Origin: a virus
DNA length: 64,000 bases
Virus record (IMG/VR): IMGVR_UViG_3300045988_157167
Span: 11,551-75,550 of that record
Strand: one strand, 5' to 3'
Position 1 is the stretch's first letter. Each line of letters starts with the position of its first letter. A program made the translations under genes and the position numbers. Of this stretch, positions 18,889 to 27,669 are shown in pieces. Under the pieces are notes generated by a model. It made no database searches. It was not told the DNA's origin and worked only from the letters and a program-made list of their open reading frames with translations.

Positions 18889-20151
18889 TTAAACATATGC
18901 AAATGTATATCCATGCGTTGTTTTTCCTTTTCCTTGTAATACCCTTTCTATATTTTTTCTTGGGATATTTAGTTTTCTTGCACAAATCCCTATTCCCTCA
19001 ATAATTTCTTCTGAATTATCTTTTAAATTTGTTGCTTTAATAGTTTTCTTAGGAGCAACATTTTTGCTATATTTAGCTTTTACTGCCAATATAGAAGTGT
19101 AATCCTTACTTTCTATATATGGAATTAACTGTTGTTTTACATTTATAGCATCTTCTTCTGTTTTAAAATGGCCTATTGGTATCTGATTTCCATTAAAGGT
19201 TATTCTTAAAAACCAACTTTTCCTTTTAATATCATAATTAACTCCTTTTTCTTTGCTCTTATACATATTTTTATTTCTTATTTTTCTTAGCTTTTTACAT
19301 TGCTCTTGTAATCCTTCTCTTTCACACATTTTTTCAAGTGTATATCTCGAATGTCCAGTAAAATTTTCCATATCTATAAACGTTTCGATACCTTTTTCCA
19401 TTCCTTTTAAAAATTTTTGTTTCATTCGAGTATTTTTCACATCTTTAAAAACTTTACCATAATCTTTTATTTTTTCTTTGTAAAAAATAGTTCTAATGCT
19501 ATTTTCTGCAAGATTATATTTATTACAAAGTTCTTCTAAAGAATAATTATAAGAATATAAATCCTCTATAATTTTTTTATTTCTACACTCTATAAAATTT
19601 AATTGTTTGATTTTTTCATTTAAATCGGATCTCACATCTATCCAAGAGTCAAGATTTTTAATGCTATAAATGATATTTTCTCTAACTCCAGTTAATTTAG
19701 ATATTTTCTTTATAGAGATTGGATTATTTTCTAGTACTGACAACATTTCCTTAACCTTAGCAATTTGATGCTCTGTATAATCACTTCTTTCTCTATTTAC
19801 TTTCTTTAAATTTTCTAATCTTTTCTTTCGTATTTCTTCTGGAATTTCATTTAGAAAATAGTCTCCACCTTCTGTCATATTAAATCCATTATTATAAGTA
19901 TCATATTTTTTTATATAATACTTTTCTAAATCATTTAAAATGTCAAGTTCATCACAATAATATATAGCTTTAAACTTAAAAGCATCTTCTCCATATTTAT
20001 TCCAACTTCTTTGAAGATATTCATTATCATGATTACCTCTATTTAAAGCACTTATATGGCTTTTCCATCTTTTTTCAAAATCTTGGATCGTTTGTCCTAT
20101 ATACATATCACCTGTTACTACATTTGTTATTGAGTAAATTCCAAAATACAT
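18889..20151 (-). CDS. GIY-YIG homing endonuclease with AP2-like DNA-binding domain
   Basis: N-terminus YFGIYSITNVVTGDMYIGQT...R...H..L..G.H.N. C-terminal GVNYDIKRKSWFLRITFNGNQIPIGHFKTEEDA is AP2-type. Confidence 0.8.
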   Translation of the reverse strand: MYFGIYSITNVVTGDMYIGQTIQDFEKRWKSHISALNRGNHDNEYLQRSWNKYGEDAFKFKAIYYCDELDILNDLEKYYIKKYDTYNNGFNMTEGGDYFLNEIPEEIRKKRLENLKKVNRERSDYTEHQIAKVKEMLSVLENNPISIKKISKLTGVRENIIYSIKNLDSWIDVRSDLNEKIKQLNFIECRNKKIIEDLYSYNYSLEELCNKYNLAENSIRTIFYKEKIKDYGKVFKDVKNTRMKQKFLKGMEKGIETFIDMENFTGHSRYTLEKMCEREGLQEQCKKLRKIRNKNMYKSKEKGVNYDIKRKSWFLRITFNGNQIPIGHFKTEEDAINVKQQLIPYIESKDYTSILAVKAKYSKNVAPKKTIKATNLKDNSEEIIEGIGICARKLNIPRKNIERVLQGKGKTTHGYTFAYV

Positions 20152-20190
20152 TCTATCTCACCTCTTAATTATATTATATCACAAACTTAT

Positions 20191-20230
20191 ATCAGTTACA
20201 ATCAGTTGTAATCAGTTGTAATCAGTTGTA
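20191..20230. repeat. Four tandem 10-bp repeats atcagtt(a/g)(c/t)a
   Basis: Units at 20191-20200, 20201-20210, 20211-20220 and 20221-20230. They overlap the -35 of the RHH gene promoter. Confidence 0.8.
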
Positions 20231-20244
20231 ATATATTTTATAAT
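20216..20244 (+). promoter_or_regulatory. Sigma-A-type promoter TTGTAA-N17-TATAAT for the RHH gene
   Basis: Hexamers at 20216-20221 and 20239-20244. Confidence 0.55.
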
Positions 20245-20262
20245 TAACTCGAGGTGATTATT

Positions 20263-20421
20263 TTGGCAAGAAAAGATTTAAAAAACAGAGTTCCAATTGG
20301 TTCCGCTATTGATAAAGAGTTGTATCAATGGCTTAAAGAATATTCTAACCAATCATCTGTTCCAATATCTAAACTTTTAGATAAAGCTATTCAACTTCTT
20401 AAAGAGTCTACTGTTAAGTAG
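20263..20421 (+). CDS. Ribbon-helix-helix (CopG/Arc-like) protein, 52 aa, TTG start
   Basis: Read by eye: (M)ARKDLKNRVPIGSAIDKELYQWLKEYSNQSSVPISKLLDKAIQLLKESTVK. RBS gaggtg lies 6 nt upstream. Below the ORF-track size cutoff. Confidence 0.6.
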   Translation: MARKDLKNRVPIGSAIDKELYQWLKEYSNQSSVPISKLLDKAIQLLKESTVK

Positions 20422-20494
20422 GCTTTTTATTTTTTCTCAAGTTTCCAAAAAATTTTTTGTAGGATTTTTTTTGAGGTTTCATTTTCCCCTCAAG

Positions 20495-20955
20495 TCTCAT
20501 TTTTTGCTGAGCAGTTCTCTGTGGCTTGGCGCACGCGTTGAAAATACTAGGGTATAGAATGCACCGCCCCCTTACCTGGAGTACCCTACCCCACCGAGAG
20601 GCCCTTGTTTTGCCTTGTTACTTATGACACTAAGTTATAAGACAAGTAAACATATTGATATCACTTACTATGTCGAAGTGTATCATAACTTATAAGTATT
20701 GATACCTTATAGAGTACTATTAATGCTGTTGTCTTTTACTATACTGGTCTTACTGTTCACTCTGTTGTCTTATACCTTCTGTGCGCCCTTCTAAGATGTT
20801 ATACTTTGTCTTGCCTGTCCTTATTCTATTGGTAATATATTCCTTCTCTTAATAGTTCTTATAGCTTAATATTATTAAATCAACTATTTAAATAGTTTTT
20901 TAAGGGCAACACCTCGTAAATATGGACCGCGATAAGCGCCCCCCTACATTCCCTC
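20495..20955 (-). ncRNA. Second structured non-coding RNA candidate (~460 nt) immediately downstream of terS
   Basis: No ORFs. G+C-rich blocks at 20521-20604 and 20904-20944. 7-bp stem 20548-20554/20582-20588. 16-bp palindrome 20882-20897. The minus strand is purine-rich. Confidence 0.4.
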
Positions 20956-21423
20956 TTATGATATTTCACTATCTGTTATATCTATTACATTCCCTTCTAT
21001 AACATCTGAATCATTAAAATCATCCCAAGAAGGCTCATTATTATTTTCTTTTTCAGTTTCAGGAGTAATAACTGTTTTAGTTTCCACTTTTGAAATTGGA
21101 GCGCCAGCCAATCTATTAAGTAAGTATATGCTTGCATCTAGTCTAACCTTCTCGCTCTTAGCTGATCTTGATAGGTCGAGAATATTTTGTAAAAGTTGAT
21201 TAGAGAATTTCATTATACGATTGTCAACTTTATTTTTAGCAACTTCATATTGTCTATCAAGTTCTTCCATGAATTCTGGTCTTTTCTTCCAGCGCATTAT
21301 AGTTTTTTCACAAACATCTAATTGGTCTGCTACTTCTTTATTAGTTGCACCATACACTAATAATTCTGCTGCAATTAATTGGTCTTCTGTTAACCTAGAA
21401 TCTTTTTCTCGTGGCATAATCAA
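20956..21423 (-). CDS. terS: Terminase small subunit (HTH, phBC6A51-like)
   Basis: LTEDQLIAAELLVYGATNKEVADQLDVCEKTIMRWKKRPEF helix-turn-helix, with an acidic C-terminus. Confidence 0.6.
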   Translation of the reverse strand: MIMPREKDSRLTEDQLIAAELLVYGATNKEVADQLDVCEKTIMRWKKRPEFMEELDRQYEVAKNKVDNRIMKFSNQLLQNILDLSRSAKSEKVRLDASIYLLNRLAGAPISKVETKTVITPETEKENNNEPSWDDFNDSDVIEGNVIDITDSEIS

Positions 21424-21929
21424 TTACCCTCCTTCCTTTTTATTTCTTCTCTTAAGTGATAATATAAAATTTTATGGACCATTGAAGGTGATTCTTTTCT
21501 ATCACATGCAATAATATGAAGATTATCGAATTTGGCCATTAATGAAATTACCATAGCCGCGCTAGCGTTAGGATGAACATGGCTTATATATTCACCTTTT
21601 AAAAGTTTGATATAATAATCCTTGTCTTGTATAAGCAAGAATAATTTAACTCCTGCTTCTTTTGCTCTTTTTAGTTCCCTTATAAAACGGTTATCTTTAT
21701 TTTCGTCTTTTGCTGGATCCATTAAGTTTCCTAGCAATTCATCTAATCCTGCTTTTCTTTCTATTAAAATATTAGGTATATATTCTCCTTGATATCTAAT
21801 AGCATAATCTCCAGTATCTAATTTTTCTCTACTGGCCTGTATTCCATTTTTTATAAGAGTATCTTGGATTAATGTATCTTGTTCCCTTGTATCGCATATA
21901 ATTTCGTAATCTTCATTTTTTATTTTCAT
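21420..21929 (-). CDS. ERCC4/Mus81-type nuclease
   Basis: DTREQ ... GDY ... ERK..LDEL signature. Confidence 0.7.
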   Translation of the reverse strand: MKIKNEDYEIICDTREQDTLIQDTLIKNGIQASREKLDTGDYAIRYQGEYIPNILIERKAGLDELLGNLMDPAKDENKDNRFIRELKRAKEAGVKLFLLIQDKDYYIKLLKGEYISHVHPNASAAMVISLMAKFDNLHIIACDRKESPSMVHKILYYHLREEIKRKEGN

Positions 21930-22085
21930 ATTATCCCCTTCTATAAGCTAAACATATTGAATTTGCAACATTTATAGAGGTTTATGCCGTAGGCAATTAA
22001 GAGAAATTCTGTTCTGTATATAATATATAACTAACAAACTCTAAAAATAGGTTCTAAATGTTGATATTACTTAATTTGTCCTTCT

Positions 22086-22136
22086 CGTAAAAAGTTTACT
22101 TTTTGCCGTTTTTTCCACGTAAAAAGTTTACTTTTT
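22086..22136. repeat. Two exact 19-bp direct repeats cgtaaaaagtttacttttt, each containing GTAAA-N3-TTTAC
   Basis: Copies at 22086-22104 and 22118-22136. Confidence 0.8.
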
Positions 22137-22154
22137 TATTTTAAAGGCCTAATT

Positions 22155-23090
22155 TTAAGCATTAAAAAAAAGCCATGAAAGAGTTTTTCTATTCTCTTCT
22201 AGGCTATTCCCTCCCCATATTACAGCTGGGTTAATTACATAATAGTCTTTTATTCCGTATCCATTAGCAACCTTCACATAAGAAATAAGATAGTATTTTC
22301 GCCCATCTATTTTTATATAGAATTTTTTTAAACTTTCTCTAAATTTATAAACACTTTGCTTACTAGTTGAAATTCCTAATAATTTGCAAATTTCTTCTGA
22401 ATTTAGTTTTTTAAGCCTTGTAAAATCACTTTCTAATGGATTTCTACATAATATATTAAGTTCAAAATTCATAAACGGAATAAGTTGATATATATAACTA
22501 AGTGTTTTATGTTGTCTAGGTGTGCAATTCTCATAAATGTGTCTAGTTGTTGAAATAAAAACTCTTGTAAAAGATTTGTCATTATCACGTTTACCTTTAC
22601 TAAAATATTTCGGATCTATATAAAATTTATTATTAACCTCATAAATAATATTATTTTCTTTCATTTGGGCCAAGAATAAATCAAATACCGTTACACTTAG
22701 TTTTAGTAGTTTTCTCATTTCTTCTCTAGTCATAGCATGAATAACTTTGCTTTTTCCATATTTTATAAGTAAATTTGCTTGTCTGTCATTATAGTCTAAA
22801 TAAGTAGCTAAATAAATCAATCTGGCTATATTAGGTCTATCTATATTTAAATTATAAAATAACAGTTTACTATTTACATAAAACATATGAACAAAGCCTC
22901 CTTGCTTGTTGCAATACTTCTTTAAATCATTTTTTCTATTAATTAATCTTTTCTGTTTCGGAGTTAATTTTTTAGATTGTTTCTGAATAACTAACTCTTC
23001 ATCATTTTCTATTTTAAAAATATCTAGGAGATCTTCTGTTTCTGAGTTTACTATTAAAACATCTTTCATTTCACATATCTCCTTTTTCAA
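22155..23090 (-). CDS. Hypothetical protein, possibly a winged-helix DNA-binding or replication-type protein
   Basis: ORF track; no firm motif. Confidence 0.45.
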   Translation of the reverse strand: MKKEICEMKDVLIVNSETEDLLDIFKIENDEELVIQKQSKKLTPKQKRLINRKNDLKKYCNKQGGFVHMFYVNSKLLFYNLNIDRPNIARLIYLATYLDYNDRQANLLIKYGKSKVIHAMTREEMRKLLKLSVTVFDLFLAQMKENNIIYEVNNKFYIDPKYFSKGKRDNDKSFTRVFISTTRHIYENCTPRQHKTLSYIYQLIPFMNFELNILCRNPLESDFTRLKKLNSEEICKLLGISTSKQSVYKFRESLKKFYIKIDGRKYYLISYVKVANGYGIKDYYVINPAVIWGGNSLEENRKTLSWLFFNA

Positions 23091-23213
23091 AATAAAAAGA
23101 CAGTCCTGAAAAGACTGCCTTTACTTTGATACAATTAATGCATCTTAATATAATTATAGCATATTTTTTTTAAGTTTTAAATGAATTTTAAATACATTAA
23201 GTATTTATAATCA

Positions 23214-23417
23214 TTATTTCTTTTCTATTATAATTTTATTTCCATCAAAAGTAGCAATTACCTCTCTACTTTCTGAATCAATTCCCATTTCCTTAATCCA
23301 CATTGTTGGAATAGTTATTCTATTTGTTATTCCACCTTTCCCAGCAGTCCCACCACTCTTGTTAAAACTTACTTTCAAATTTCTTTGTTCTTCCATCATA
23401 TTCTCCTTAAAATTCAT
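23214..23417 (-). CDS. AbrB/SpoVT-like small DNA-binding protein
   Basis: NRITIPTMWIKEMGIDSESREVIATFDGNKIIIEKK. Confidence 0.5.
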   Translation of the reverse strand: MNFKENMMEEQRNLKVSFNKSGGTAGKGGITNRITIPTMWIKEMGIDSESREVIATFDGNKIIIEKK

Positions 23418-24852
23418 TTAGTATTTTCTTTTTAAATTCTTTTATTTTTTCTTTATCGTCCTTTATTTCGTTTATTTCTTGTCTTATACATCTAGCTAAA
23501 CTACTTTTATTTTCTATAGATTTTTCTATCATTCTGTCTATTCCAGAAAAAGATAATATATCTATAATGTGGCAGTTTTTATTTTGACCTATTCTATATA
23601 TCCTATCCTCTGACTGTATTCTTTTGGCATAATCAAACGTAGAATTATAATATATCATATAGTTTGCCTCTTGTAAGTTTAAACCTAGATTTCCTATATT
23701 TATATTTATTACTAAGGTATTTATATCTTTTGATGTTTTAAACTGTTCTATAGCTTTCTCGCGGTCTTTTAATTTTGATTTTCCGTTAACATAAACATAT
23801 TTTATTTGTTCTTTATCTAAAACATGTTGTAATAATTCTAAATCACTATTAAATTTATGCCATATTATTGTTTTGCTTCCTTTTGGCGTTAATTTAAGTT
23901 GTTCTATTGTTTCTATTGATCTATCGTAACTTTTGTGTTTAAATTCTATTATTCTGTTGCATTTTTCACCTTCTATATAATATTCTTCTTTTATTTCTAA
24001 ATCTATATATCCACTTGCTACTCTATGTAAATAGTTAAGCATATTAAGAATATATTCACCATTAAAATTATCTAAATCAATTTTGTCTATAAAATACTGT
24101 TTTATTTTGTTGTAAACTCTTTCTTGATCATCGTCAAAATAAAAATATGAATCAGTATAAGTTTTAGGCGGTAAATCTAAACATTCTTTTTTAGTAATTT
24201 GATAAACATAAGGATTGATTTTCTTTGTTATATAATCTGTATTATGTGTATCAATTATTTGCCCTGGATATTTATCTGAATACTCTAAGTGATTAGCAGC
24301 AAAAGCATAAAAGCTATTATATCCAAGTATTTTAGGATGTAAAAAATAAAATTGACTGTATAAATCCCATATACCCTGTGTAACTGGAGTTCCTGTTAAT
24401 ATCATTCTATTGCTAACTTGATTTGAAAGTTTTGAAATTCTTTCTGTTCTTACAGCTTTTGGATTTTTAAACATATGACTTTCATCTAGAATTAACATCG
24501 AATGTGTGTTTTGTTTAATCAGATTTACTAATTTCAAATAATATTTATCTGATTTGCTAATTGTTTCACTTCCTATAACACATATAAATTCATCTTGAAT
24601 ATTTTCTATATAAGCAACAGAGAATATAGAGTGTTTATTTATATCTGAAATTAAATTCTTTTTAGTAGAACAAGGGCATATCCAAAATACCCTTGTTATT
24701 TTACCTTTATTTAATTTATGTTGTATTAATTCGAGTGCAGTTCTTGTTTTACCTGTACCCATATCCATAAATAATGCGCACGCTTTCAAGTTTTTAAGTT
24801 TGTTAAAAGCATGTTGCTGGTGTTTAAACAAATTAGTCTTCAAGTAATTCAT
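23407..24852 (-). CDS. SNF2-family helicase
   Basis: GTGKT Walker A, DESH box, and helicase C motifs (QSEDRIYRIGQ). Confidence 0.8.
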   Translation of the reverse strand: MNYLKTNLFKHQQHAFNKLKNLKACALFMDMGTGKTRTALELIQHKLNKGKITRVFWICPCSTKKNLISDINKHSIFSVAYIENIQDEFICVIGSETISKSDKYYLKLVNLIKQNTHSMLILDESHMFKNPKAVRTERISKLSNQVSNRMILTGTPVTQGIWDLYSQFYFLHPKILGYNSFYAFAANHLEYSDKYPGQIIDTHNTDYITKKINPYVYQITKKECLDLPPKTYTDSYFYFDDDQERVYNKIKQYFIDKIDLDNFNGEYILNMLNYLHRVASGYIDLEIKEEYYIEGEKCNRIIEFKHKSYDRSIETIEQLKLTPKGSKTIIWHKFNSDLELLQHVLDKEQIKYVYVNGKSKLKDREKAIEQFKTSKDINTLVININIGNLGLNLQEANYMIYYNSTFDYAKRIQSEDRIYRIGQNKNCHIIDILSFSGIDRMIEKSIENKSSLARCIRQEINEIKDDKEKIKEFKKKILNEF

Positions 24853-25345
24853 CTAGAGCACCAACTTTCACTTCTTTTATTCCTACTATTTCTAAGAAGT
24901 TTTCAAATACAATTTCACCTTTTAAGTATCTCTTTAGTGTAGAAATTTTGTGTATATCATCTACATCACATATTTCAGTTATTTTGCCATTTAAAATGAT
25001 ACAATATTGTGAATAGCCGTAGTTGTTATTTCTATATCTTATATCCAAAATATCTAATTCATTAGCTTCAAAATCACCTTCTATAACTACATCATTTCTG
25101 CATCTTGTTTCTTGCAAATTATAAAAGTATCTTTCAATTCCTTTTTTACCATAAGTACATCTTGCTACGTAGCCTTTATTTCTAATATCACATTCTGTTT
25201 TAAAATAGAACGTATAAGTTTTATCTAATATTCTATTAACTTCTGCCTGAGCTTGTTTTATATCTCTAATTCTTTTATTTAGTTCTTCTTTTATATCTAA
25301 TGCTAAACTTTTTAATTCTTCTACAGTCATTTCTTTTAGTTTCAT
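24833..25345 (-). CDS. Hypothetical protein
   Basis: ORF track; overlaps neighbours. Confidence 0.55.
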   Translation of the reverse strand: MKLKEMTVEELKSLALDIKEELNKRIRDIKQAQAEVNRILDKTYTFYFKTECDIRNKGYVARCTYGKKGIERYFYNLQETRCRNDVVIEGDFEANELDILDIRYRNNNYGYSQYCIILNGKITEICDVDDIHKISTLKRYLKGEIVFENFLEIVGIKEVKVGALDELLED

Positions 25346-25354
25346 AATATCCCC

Positions 25355-26029
25355 CTAATCATAATACTTACTTTCAAATTCCTCCCATGATTTACTAAAT
25401 TCATGATTTTGAAATGCTTCTTTTAATCCAGTAATTTGTTTTAATTTGATTACCTCATCTAGTTCCATTCCTATTTTTTTACAAATTTCTTCATCAGTCC
25501 AGCCTGCCTTAGCAAGATCTAAAACTATTTCACTCATAGAACGTATTTGATGTGTTCCTCTAGCTCTATTATGTCTTATTGTACTCCCTATACGTTCATC
25601 TAAGGGCTTGTCTAATACAACTATAGGCAAATATCCATGTATTCTTTTATTTATATCTTTGTACTCTTTACCAATTCTATTTCTATGGAATCCATCAACC
25701 ACTTCATATTCTCCATTTTCAAGTTTATAAGCTACTATAGGTTGAGTATACCCATCTAATTTTATGGATGTATGGAGTAATTTCATTTCAGTAGAAGCAA
25801 CTTTATTAGGATTATATTCATTAGCTTTAACTTTGTCGGCTTTTATCCATCTTACACAATCAACAGGTTCTTCAAATGGTGAAACTTCTGTTAATGCTTC
25901 TTTTATAGAATTAATAGCATCCACCTTTTCATCTAATTCCATAGAGTTTACTTTTTCTTTTAAAAGAGTTAGTATATCTTCTAGTTTTAATTCGTTATTT
26001 ATTTTCATATTAAAAGATAATTGTTTCAT
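25355..26029 (-). CDS. ParB-like nuclease domain protein (IbrB-like)
   Basis: YEVVDGFHRNRIG ParB/Srx motif. Confidence 0.7.
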   Translation of the reverse strand: MKQLSFNMKINNELKLEDILTLLKEKVNSMELDEKVDAINSIKEALTEVSPFEEPVDCVRWIKADKVKANEYNPNKVASTEMKLLHTSIKLDGYTQPIVAYKLENGEYEVVDGFHRNRIGKEYKDINKRIHGYLPIVVLDKPLDERIGSTIRHNRARGTHQIRSMSEIVLDLAKAGWTDEEICKKIGMELDEVIKLKQITGLKEAFQNHEFSKSWEEFESKYYD

Positions 26030-26030
26030 A

Positions 26031-27350
26031 TTAATCCACTCCCTTATTTATTTTCTCAGCAACTTGTTTTAGATGCTTATCATTTGTAGCATTTGCATCT
26101 AATAAGTTGTTATATTTCTTTTTAAGTTCAAACATTCTTTCTACATCACCTTTTGTCTGACCAAAAGATAATCTTTTCATCCAGAAATCATTTCTTTCTA
26201 TAGCTCTAGCAATTCTTCTCCATGATGCTACCTTTTTAGCAGATTCTAATTTACTATCTTCTTCATCTTTTATATCTTGAAGTTTAACTCCTTCATGTTT
26301 TTCGTACCATTCCAAGAAAGTTGTAATTTTCTTATGATAATGATCACGAAGTTCTGGAGCATATAACCCAATACTTTCAAGTAACCATACGGTATATTGT
26401 TCCCATGTCATGTTAGTTGGTTTTTCTGATTTTATATTTCCTAAAAGAGAACTTCTGGCGTAGATATTACCAAAATTAACACCATGCACACGATTAAGGA
26501 CCTTTTCCCATGTTTCATATTCTAATGCTTTAAATTGGTCTAGTCCATTCCTTTGGTCATCTCCATAAGGCTGACAAAGTCTTTGTTCATGTATACTTAC
26601 ACCATTTTTATACATAAGTTCATATATTTCATTAAATTTTAAATCTAATTTTGCTACTGCACCCCAGTCATCTTCTGTTCTCCAATCATAAATTGGATAA
26701 AAATTATAAACATTTTTCATGTGCTTAAATTTAACTTGAGTGGTCCATGGTTTCCCTTTATAACGTACTTTTTTATCTGAAATTATTGTTCTAAAACGAT
26801 TAAGACTTTCATCGCTTCTTATTCCTACACCAGTTCCAGTAAGTCCTCCATGTTTTTTATTAAACCAATCAGCGAAATAAAGTATAAAATCCTCAAACTC
26901 CATACCTCTTTCAAACCAATCCCATTCTTTAGGATAATTATCTTCGTTTATTACATATTTTTTATATTTGCCCGTAGGCATATTTCTAACCCATTTAGCT
27001 TTATCTTTTTTATCCCAACACATCCATTTTGGTTGGATAACTGATACGGCATTTCTTAAGCTAAGAGGTAAACAACACCAATAAACATCCTCTAAAACAT
27101 CACTACATTCATCAATTAATACTTTTACATGATCTATTGTAGCTTTATATTGTGCTTCTAAATCGATGTATAATATTGAGAATTTTTTTCCTAGCTCTCT
27201 AGCTTTTCTAGCAGTTAGTTGCATCATTATAGAACTATCTTTTCCACCACTCACTGATAAAAATATAGAATCAAATTCATTGAATGCAAATTCAATTCTT
27301 TCAAAAGCAGCATCTAAGACATTCTTATTTTCATTATATATCTTAGCCAT
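26031..27350 (-). CDS. PAPS-reductase-like PP-loop protein (IbrA-like)
   Basis: SVSGGKDSS PP-loop. Size and pairing with the ParB-like gene fit the IbrA/IbrB pair. Confidence 0.7.
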   Translation of the reverse strand: MAKIYNENKNVLDAAFERIEFAFNEFDSIFLSVSGGKDSSIMMQLTARKARELGKKFSILYIDLEAQYKATIDHVKVLIDECSDVLEDVYWCCLPLSLRNAVSVIQPKWMCWDKKDKAKWVRNMPTGKYKKYVINEDNYPKEWDWFERGMEFEDFILYFADWFNKKHGGLTGTGVGIRSDESLNRFRTIISDKKVRYKGKPWTTQVKFKHMKNVYNFYPIYDWRTEDDWGAVAKLDLKFNEIYELMYKNGVSIHEQRLCQPYGDDQRNGLDQFKALEYETWEKVLNRVHGVNFGNIYARSSLLGNIKSEKPTNMTWEQYTVWLLESIGLYAPELRDHYHKKITTFLEWYEKHEGVKLQDIKDEEDSKLESAKKVASWRRIARAIERNDFWMKRLSFGQTKGDVERMFELKKKYNNLLDANATNDKHLKQVAEKINKGVD

Positions 27351-27369
27351 TTCATTCCTCCTTATAATA

Positions 27370-27397
27370 AAATAAAAGCCTTTTTGTTCGGAAGGCT
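27370..27397 (-). terminator. Rho-independent terminator
   Basis: Stem agcctt/aaggct followed by TTTTATTTT on the minus strand. Confidence 0.6.
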
Positions 27398-27415
27398 AAC
27401 CGATTATTTTGCTCC

Positions 27416-27655
27416 TTATTTTTTGTCATATCCTTGGTAGAAATAATATTTTCTTTCTCCATAATTATAATGTTTATCTTCTGTTTCTTCTGGAATGCCT
27501 ACCATTTCGCAAAGTTTTTTATAATCTTTTTCTTTGAAGTCTTTTCCTATACAACCAAGTGCATTAGTGTAATTGTTATCTCTTAGAATTTCATAAAATT
27601 GTTCCTTAGTGAATTTTTTGTTAAACTCTTGACCTAGTCTGTACCATTTATTCAT
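27416..27655 (-). CDS. Hypothetical protein
   Basis: ORF track. Confidence 0.55.
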   Translation of the reverse strand: MNKWYRLGQEFNKKFTKEQFYEILRDNNYTNALGCIGKDFKEKDYKKLCEMVGIPEETEDKHYNYGERKYYFYQGYDKK

Positions 27656-27669
27656 TTTTATCCCCCTAT

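Noticed and set aside
20495-20955. An intron splitting a terminase gene.
   Set aside because: terS ends with a normal acidic C-terminus and stop at 20956. terL (14982-16733) is complete with its own start. No domain V motif is present.
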